Shown here: positions 54,495-64,000 of the stretch, piece by piece
Position numbering within the stretch: the stretch's first letter is position 1
Layout: every line of letters begins with the position of its first letter
Assembly (NCBI RefSeq): GCF_036588685.1
Contig: NC_086381.1
Coordinates: forward strand, 27,652,001-27,716,000
Direction of reading: 5' to 3'
DNA from: Mytilus trossulus
Lineage: Eukaryota
Length of the DNA: 64,000 nucleotides
Position numbers and translations under genes: made by a program
The notes under the pieces: generated by a model
Seen by the model: only the letters and a program-made list of their open reading frames with translations
The model's database searches: none
What the model was told of the DNA's origin: nothing

Positions 54495-55822
54495 TCAAAT
54501 GTTAGTGTATTTATGCTAGCCGCAATGTTTGCAAACACGACACTGATTGGCCTTTCGGGGTAATAAAACTCACGTTGATTGGTTGAAATCTCTGTGTTAT
54601 GATTGGACTGATCTGGAAGTTACTTTCACAGCTTTCGATCCCTTTTTGGACTGAAGCTATGATTGTTCACCCCAAGCTAACAATTGGCACAATTTGTTTC
54701 TATTCTGATAGTGTCAGCGAAAATTTGACATAAGACCAAAAAAAATAATAATCAAGAGTAATGCAGAACTTAATAATAATCTTTATTCAAATAATAAATA
54801 ATTGTTTAATCAACAGTCTGACACGAAATTAATAATTGACAGGAAATGTAAATTAAAGAGCAAAATAGAAGAAGAAAAAAGAGAAAAAAAACATCATCCA
54901 TCCATTTTCATCAATAGCCAGTGGTATAGAAATGCAGCCGTTTTCTTAGTTTCTCGTATAGACATGCTTACTATAGTACACAATTGTCACTCGTCTCAGT
55001 GTCTTAAAACAAAGAGAACACTTTTTATCCTCTCTATAGTCTTTGTGTTCTCTCTAGCTATACAGTCTCTGTATTCTCTAGTCTCTGTATCATGTAAAGC
55101 CATGATATTCTCTATATAGTATACTGCACGCATACTGTGAAACTTGCACATTGTTGAAGTATTCTTTATTGTTTATATACGAATTTTGCAAATACAAAGG
55201 ATTTGAGCTAAAAAATAATCTACACAACTATAAACATACGCATAAGTACTTTGTATAGGAACACAAAATATATATTATATATCTAAGAGAATGTGACAGC
55301 AGAAGAGGAAGAAAAGAATTCACATAGATCACAGTTAGACAGACAACGAACGAACGAATATATATTATATAAAAATAAGGTCATAGATTGTATTGTGTGT
55401 GCTTATATAGTATAATATATAGGACTGCAACTTAATTTACACCAAAAAAATATGCAACATTGACCACTAACAACTATGAGTTTTTCTTCCTCTCGTGCTT
55501 GCGCATTTTCATCGAATCTACGTTATATAGTTCGTTTATTTTCTTGGACTTTTATAGGGGAAAAAAAGAAACTCGTACTGTTCTTCATTTTTTTTCCACA
55601 TCAAATATTGTTATATATATAATTAGAAAGTAGACATCTGTATGCTGTTTATAAAGAAAAGGAAAAATAAAGAGATAAAGACAAGAGAAATGGAGGGAGT
55701 GAGCTATGTTTGAGATTGCTTTCTGCATTCAACTAAATTGTACAACAAAGTCAGATTCTTTTTGAAAAATGTTGGTGGCCCTGAAAAGGGCCGTTGTAAG
55801 TGAAGTTTCTGTAGTGTTGACT

Positions 55823-56206
<384 letters not shown>

Positions 56207-56484
56207 TTAATACGTTGTTTGACTTGAACAAGTATAAACAATGATTATCCAGTTAGGTGGTATTTTACTATTTATACCCGCAAAACGGATTGAAAGATGT
56301 TTCAGTTCTAAACCAATCAAATCATCGCTTCTTCCAGGTAGTTAGGGTTGAATGTTAGAAGGGTGCTCTCTCCGAAGTTCGCGTTAAGTAAAAACTTTCA
56401 ATCCGTTTAGCCGAGTATAAATAGAAATTTTTATTAACGGCCATCATTCACTGATTACATTTCAGAGAGTATACATCTTTCAAA

Positions 56485-56859
56485 ATGCCACCAAAAGTTG
56501 GAACCAAAGGAGCCAAAAAGGCCGTAACAAAGGCAAAGACTGCCAGACCCGGCGGTGACAAGAAAAGGAGGAGGAAGAGGAGAGAATCCTATGCCATCTA
56601 CATCTACAAAGTCTTGAGACAGGTTCACCCAGACACTGGAGTATCCTCAAAGGCTATGTCTATCATGAACAGTTTTGTCAACGATATCTTTGAGAGAATC
56701 GCTGCAGAAGCTTCCCGTCTCGCTCACTACAACAAGAGATCTACCATCACATCTCGGGAGATCCAGACTGCAGTTCGTCTGCTCTTACCCGGTGAATTGG
56801 CCAAGCACGCTGTCAGTGAAGGTACCAAAGCCGTCACAAAGTACACCAGCAGCAAGTAA
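56485..56859 (+). CDS. H2B: Histone H2B
   Basis: Identical protein copy. Confidence 0.99.
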   Translation: MPPKVGTKGAKKAVTKAKTARPGGDKKRRRKRRESYAIYIYKVLRQVHPDTGVSSKAMSIMNSFVNDIFERIAAEASRLAHYNKRSTITSREIQTAVRLLLPGELAKHAVSEGTKAVTKYTSSK

Positions 56860-57622
56860 ACAACGAGAAGTTTAACTTCACAAACGGCCCTTTTCAGGGC
56901 CACCAATATTTTTCAAAAAGAGTCTTATTATTGTTGTACATAACAAACTTCTAAATGAAGCTGTGTCCCACCCCAAAATGACAAATTTGTTTATATCTGA
57001 ATTCTGTCTTTTTGTCTTTCTTTCTTTCTTTCTTTCTTTCTTTTTTTCTCTTCTTTATTCTTCATTTTATTAGCCGATTTGAAAAAATATACATACACCA
57101 GAATTTAACCTTTTCACGGGTTATACATTTCTTCCCTCTTTTTTTTGGGGGGGGGAGGGGGTCTAGAATCGAACTATACTTGAATATGTATTGAAACATT
57201 ATATAAAAAAATATCACGAACAGATTAAATTCACACATACGTCGACAGAGAGAAAAAAGGGGGAGGGGGATTGTTTTAGGATATAAAAACAATATAACTA
57301 GAGTTTGACAATGGAGAAAAATTCAGCAATATATCTTTTACATAAAAGAATATATATGAAATAAAGAATAATTTTATTTACATTAAAAAAATCAGGAATC
57401 ATATTGTATCCAAAGTCTTGCTGGTCTTTTTTTAATAGGCTTAAATAAAAAAAGTGAAAAGAAATTAAAAAAAATAAACGAATAAAAGAAAAAGGAAAGT
57501 AAAGAAAGTTGGACAGGAGAAAGCTATGGTTTTCATTTTAAGTACAACAAAGGCAGATTCTTTTTGAAATATGTTGGTGGCCCTGAAAAGGGCCGTTGTA
57601 TTTGTATTTTTCAGCTGGCTGT

Positions 57623-57988
<366 letters not shown>

Positions 57989-59624
57989 CTATATATCTGA
58001 TGAACGCGGCCCTAAAAGAAATACCACTGAATTTTTGATAGGTTGGACCTGATTGGTTGTTTTCGTCTAAATCCGGGAGGTAACTCTGTAGGAATTCTGT
58101 ACACTTTCAATCCACTTTTTGACTGAAGCTCTGAAAATATATGAAAATAAAATATTTCAAACTGTATACAAATAAAAATACAAAGATTATAAGAGATGGA
58201 CCAAATAACTAATGATCTCCATCATCAATTAATACTTCTTATATTTTCCAATGTGAAAGAGATTTATTTCCTTTTACTTAAAATACAAGAACATATCACA
58301 CTGCATACATAAGCAGGAGTTAACAATGTGCAATTGCAATATAAAAACAATTAGTTTAAAGAAAATCTTTTTATACAGTATTTTTCTTGTTCAAAAGATA
58401 CAGTTTCAGAGATAGTCCACTCTGCAGACTTAAGAGAGTAAAAGAGTAAAAACTAAACTACAGCATACCAGTCAGTTATTTAAGCATGGACAGATAGATT
58501 TGTAAATAAAAACAGGTGTGCATGATAATTTTTCTCAAAATCACCTTTACCAGTTTCAATAAAGATGTCCCGGGAAATTCACATTTCAAACATGTTATTA
58601 TTACATGTATACAATCAATGCTCATCTTTTAACAACTAATTAGGAATCTTTCTAAATTTAGCAGCTACTTTATACATGTAGTCATAGGTTTTTGAAATGT
58701 ACACAGTGCAGCCTCACTTTTTAAATACCACAATTGGTACATCATTGAATGAATGAATTATTGCGCCTTGTCTATTTTTCTCCACCAATGGGAAAAAAAG
58801 ATTCATCCGCACACATGTTCACATCATTTATAAGGCACATAGAGCACCCAAAATAGATGCATTTTAAGCACAAAATAAAGGTATTCAAGAAAAACTTCTT
58901 TCTGTAACACACAATTGATGGAGACAAAGTTTTCAATGAGAATTTAAGGTGGACTACTTGGACCCGTACCGAAAATATATTTCAGAAATATAAAATAATT
59001 GATTCTTCTCATGTTGTCACAGTAGAATACACAATATGAGTAAAAAATACATAAAAAAAGCATCTAAAAAATAAGTGAGAAAATAAGACCGAGAAAAATG
59101 CAATTTAGAGAAAAATATAACCACAGAAATTAGAAAGAAATACATTTTAATAATTCTGTAATTAGAAGATGGATTGTATTGTTCTTGGAGTATGTTTTTT
59201 CTTACCTTTTTTTTATTTAAATGTATACATGTATGTTAATTTTTTCAGGAGGGTATACCAGAAAATGTATAACATTCTTGTTTTTTCCGAAGGATTTGGA
59301 AGAATTAGATAAATAAAAAATATGTATGTCTCTCTATCTCTATTTATCCTTTTATTTCTCTTCTTTGCATGTTATGAAATAAGTTTCTCTATATTTTTCT
59401 TCTATCAATACAGTAACCCGACTTGTCTAATCTTAAGTGAGTGCAAAAAAAAAAGATAATAAGAAAGAAGAATAAAGAGAGATGTGGAGAGAAAGAAGAA
59501 TAAAGAAAGATGTGGAGAGGGGGTTTCAGCTATATTTGATTTTGATGTACAACATATTCAGACTCTTTTTGGAAAATATTGGTGGCCCTTAAAAGGGCCG
59601 TTATTGTATAGAGTAAAGGTCAGT

Positions 59625-60089
<465 letters not shown>

Positions 60090-61417
60090 TCAAATGTTAG
60101 TGTATTTGTGCTAGCCGCAATGTTTGCAAACACGACACTGATTGGCCTTTCGGGGTAATAAAACTCACGTTGATTGGTTGAAATCTCTGTGTTATGATTG
60201 GACTGATCTGGAAGTTACTTTCACAGCTTTCGATCCCTTTTTGGACTGAAGCTATGATTGTTCACCCCAAGCTAACAATTGGCACAATTTGTTTCTATTC
60301 TGATAGTGTCAGCGAAAATTTGACATAAGACCAAAAAAAATAATAATCAAGAGTAATGCAGAACTTAATAATAATCTTTATTCAAATAATAAATAATTGT
60401 TTAATCAACAGTCTGACACGAAATTAATAATTGACAGGAAATGTAAATTAAAGAGCAAAATAGAAGAAGAAAAAAGAGAAAAAAAACATCATCCATCCAT
60501 TTTCATCAATAGCCAGTGGTATAGAAATGCAGCCGTTTTCTTAGTTTCTCGTATAGACATGCTTACTATAGTACACAATTGTCACTCGTCTCAGTGTCTT
60601 AAAACAAAGAGAACACTTTTTATCCTCTCTATAGTCTTTGTGTTCTCTCTAGCTATACAGTCTCTGTATTCTCTAGTCTCTGTATCATGTAAAGCCATGA
60701 TATTCTCTATATAGTATACTGCACGCATACTGTGAAACTTGCACATTGTTGAAGTATTCTTTATTGTTTATATACGAATTTTGCAAATACAAAGGATTTG
60801 AGCTAAAAAATAATCTACACAACTATAAACATACGCATAAGTACTTTGTATAGGAACACAAAATATATATTATATATCTAAGAGAATGTGACAGCAGAAG
60901 AGGAAGAAAAGAATTCACATAGATCACAGTTAGACAGACAACGAACGAACGAATATATATTATATAAAAATAAGGTCATAGATTGTATTGTGTGTGCTTA
61001 TATAGTATAATATATAGGACTGCAACTTAATTTACACCAAAAAAATATGCAACATTGACCACTAACAACTATGAGTTTTTCTTCCTCTCGTGCTTGCGCA
61101 TTTTCATCGAATCTACGTTATATAGTTCGTTTATTTTCTTGGACTTTTATAGGGGAAAAAAAGAAACTCGTACTGTTCTTCATTTTTTTTCCACATCAAA
61201 TATTGTTATATATATAATTAGAAAGTAGACATCTGTATGCTGTTTATAAAGAAAAGGAAAAATAAAGAGATAAAGACAAGAGAAATGGAGGGAGTGAGCT
61301 ATGTTTGAGATTGCTTTCTGCATTCAACTAAATTGTACAACAAAGTCAGATTCTTTTTGAAAAATGTTGGTGGCCCTGAAAAGGGCCGTTGTAAGTGAAG
61401 TTTCTGTAGTGTTGACT

Positions 61418-61801
<384 letters not shown>

Positions 61802-62079
61802 TTAATACGTTGTTTGACTTGAACAAGTATAAACAATGATTATCCAGTTAGGTGGTATTTTACTATTTATACCCGCAAAACGGATTGAAAGATGTTTCAG
61901 TTCTAAACCAATCAAATCATCGCTTCTTCCAGGTAGTTAGGGTTGAATGTTAGAAGGGTGCTCTCTCCGAAGTTCGCGTTAAGTAAAAACTTTCAATCCG
62001 TTTAGCCGAGTATAAATAGAAATTTTTATTAACGGCCATCATTCACTGATTACATTTCAGAGAGTATACATCTTTCAAA

Positions 62080-62454
62080 ATGCCACCAAAAGTTGGAACC
62101 AAAGGAGCCAAAAAGGCCGTAACAAAGGCAAAGACTGCCAGACCCGGCGGTGACAAGAAAAGGAGGAGGAAGAGGAGAGAATCCTATGCCATCTACATCT
62201 ACAAAGTCTTGAGACAGGTTCACCCAGACACTGGAGTATCCTCAAAGGCTATGTCTATCATGAACAGTTTTGTCAACGATATCTTTGAGAGAATCGCTGC
62301 AGAAGCTTCCCGTCTCGCTCACTACAACAAGAGATCTACCATCACATCTCGGGAGATCCAGACTGCAGTTCGTCTGCTCTTACCCGGTGAATTGGCCAAG
62401 CACGCTGTCAGTGAAGGTACCAAAGCCGTCACAAAGTACACCAGCAGCAAGTAA
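62080..62454 (+). CDS. H2B: Histone H2B
   Basis: Identical protein copy. Confidence 0.99.
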   Translation: MPPKVGTKGAKKAVTKAKTARPGGDKKRRRKRRESYAIYIYKVLRQVHPDTGVSSKAMSIMNSFVNDIFERIAAEASRLAHYNKRSTITSREIQTAVRLLLPGELAKHAVSEGTKAVTKYTSSK

Positions 62455-63217
62455 ACAACGAGAAGTTTAACTTCACAAACGGCCCTTTTCAGGGCCACCA
62501 ATATTTTTCAAAAAGAGTCTTATTATTGTTGTACATAACAAACTTCTAAATGAAGCTGTGTCCCACCCCAAAATGACAAATTTGTTTATATCTGAATTCT
62601 GTCTTTTTGTCTTTCTTTCTTTCTTTCTTTCTTTCTTTTTTTCTCTTCTTTATTCTTCATTTTATTAGCCGATTTGAAAAAATATACATACACCAGAATT
62701 TAACCTTTTCACGGGTTATACATTTCTTCCCTCTTTTTTTTGGGGGGGGGAGGGGGTCTAGAATCGAACTATACTTGAATATGTATTGAAACATTATATA
62801 AAAAAATATCACGAACAGATTAAATTCACACATACGTCGACAGAGAGAAAAAAGGGGGAGGGGGATTGTTTTAGGATATAAAAACAATATAACTAGAGTT
62901 TGACAATGGAGAAAAATTCAGCAATATATCTTTTACATAAAAGAATATATATGAAATAAAGAATAATTTTATTTACATTAAAAAAATCAGGAATCATATT
63001 GTATCCAAAGTCTTGCTGGTCTTTTTTTAATAGGCTTAAATAAAAAAAGTGAAAAGAAATTAAAAAAAATAAACGAATAAAAGAAAAAGGAAAGTAAAGA
63101 AAGTTGGACAGGAGAAAGCTATGGTTTTCATTTTAAGTACAACAAAGGCAGATTCTTTTTGAAATATGTTGGTGGCCCTGAAAAGGGCCGTTGTATTTGT
63201 ATTTTTCAGCTGGCTGT

Positions 63218-63583
<366 letters not shown>

Positions 63584-64000
63584 CTATATATCTGATGAAC
63601 GCGGCCCTAAAAGAAATACCACTGAATTTTTGATAGGTTGGACCTGATTGGTTGTTTTCGTCTAAATCCGGGAGGTAACTCTGTAGGAATTCTGTACACT
63701 TTCAATCCACTTTTTGACTGAAGCTCTGAAAATATATGAAAATAAAATATTTCAAACTGTATACAAATAAAAATACAAAGATTATAAGAGATGGACCAAA
63801 TAACTAATGATCTCCATCATCAATTAATACTTCTTATATTTTCCAATGTGAAAGAGATTTATTTCCTTTTACTTAAAATACAAGAACATATCACACTGCA
63901 TACATAAGCAGGAGTTAACAATGTGCAATTGCAATATAAAAACAATTAGTTTAAAGAAAATCTTTTTATACAGTATTTTTCTTGTTCAAAAGATACAGTT

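Overview
The whole window is a tandem array of animal replication-dependent core histone genes. The repeat unit is a 5,595-bp quartet, H4> <H2B H2A> H3>, and I could not recognise an H1 or 5S gene in it. There are 46 intact CDSs (11 H3, 11 H4, 12 H2A, 12 H2B). Each has a canonical 3' stem-loop and a purine-rich histone downstream element (HDE). The H2A/H2B sequences, gene order and ~5.6-kb unit match, from memory, the core-histone quartets of Mytilus mussels; this is inference and needs a BLAST check. Three contigs are joined by two 100-N gaps (17237-17336, 41913-42012), and the middle one is inverted, most likely by scaffolding. Units are almost identical. I noticed only four variants: a 44-bp insertion with a 10-bp target-site duplication at the H2A start site (unit 1), a SNP improving the H3 TATA position (54513), an H2B 5'UTR SNP (29274) and a +T in a homopolymer (16073-16078). 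I found no new protein-coding system. The most interesting unexplained structure is a cis-regulatory code shared by the four non-homologous genes: an upstream GGAT(T/C)GAAAG at near-constant distance from each TATA position, a mirror-symmetric H2A/H2B promoter, a 27-bp H3/H4 box, and a 3' cassette extending beyond the HDE (TGTTGTAC, then AGCT plus a C-rich tract). Regulatory features are listed for the first unit and recur in every unit.
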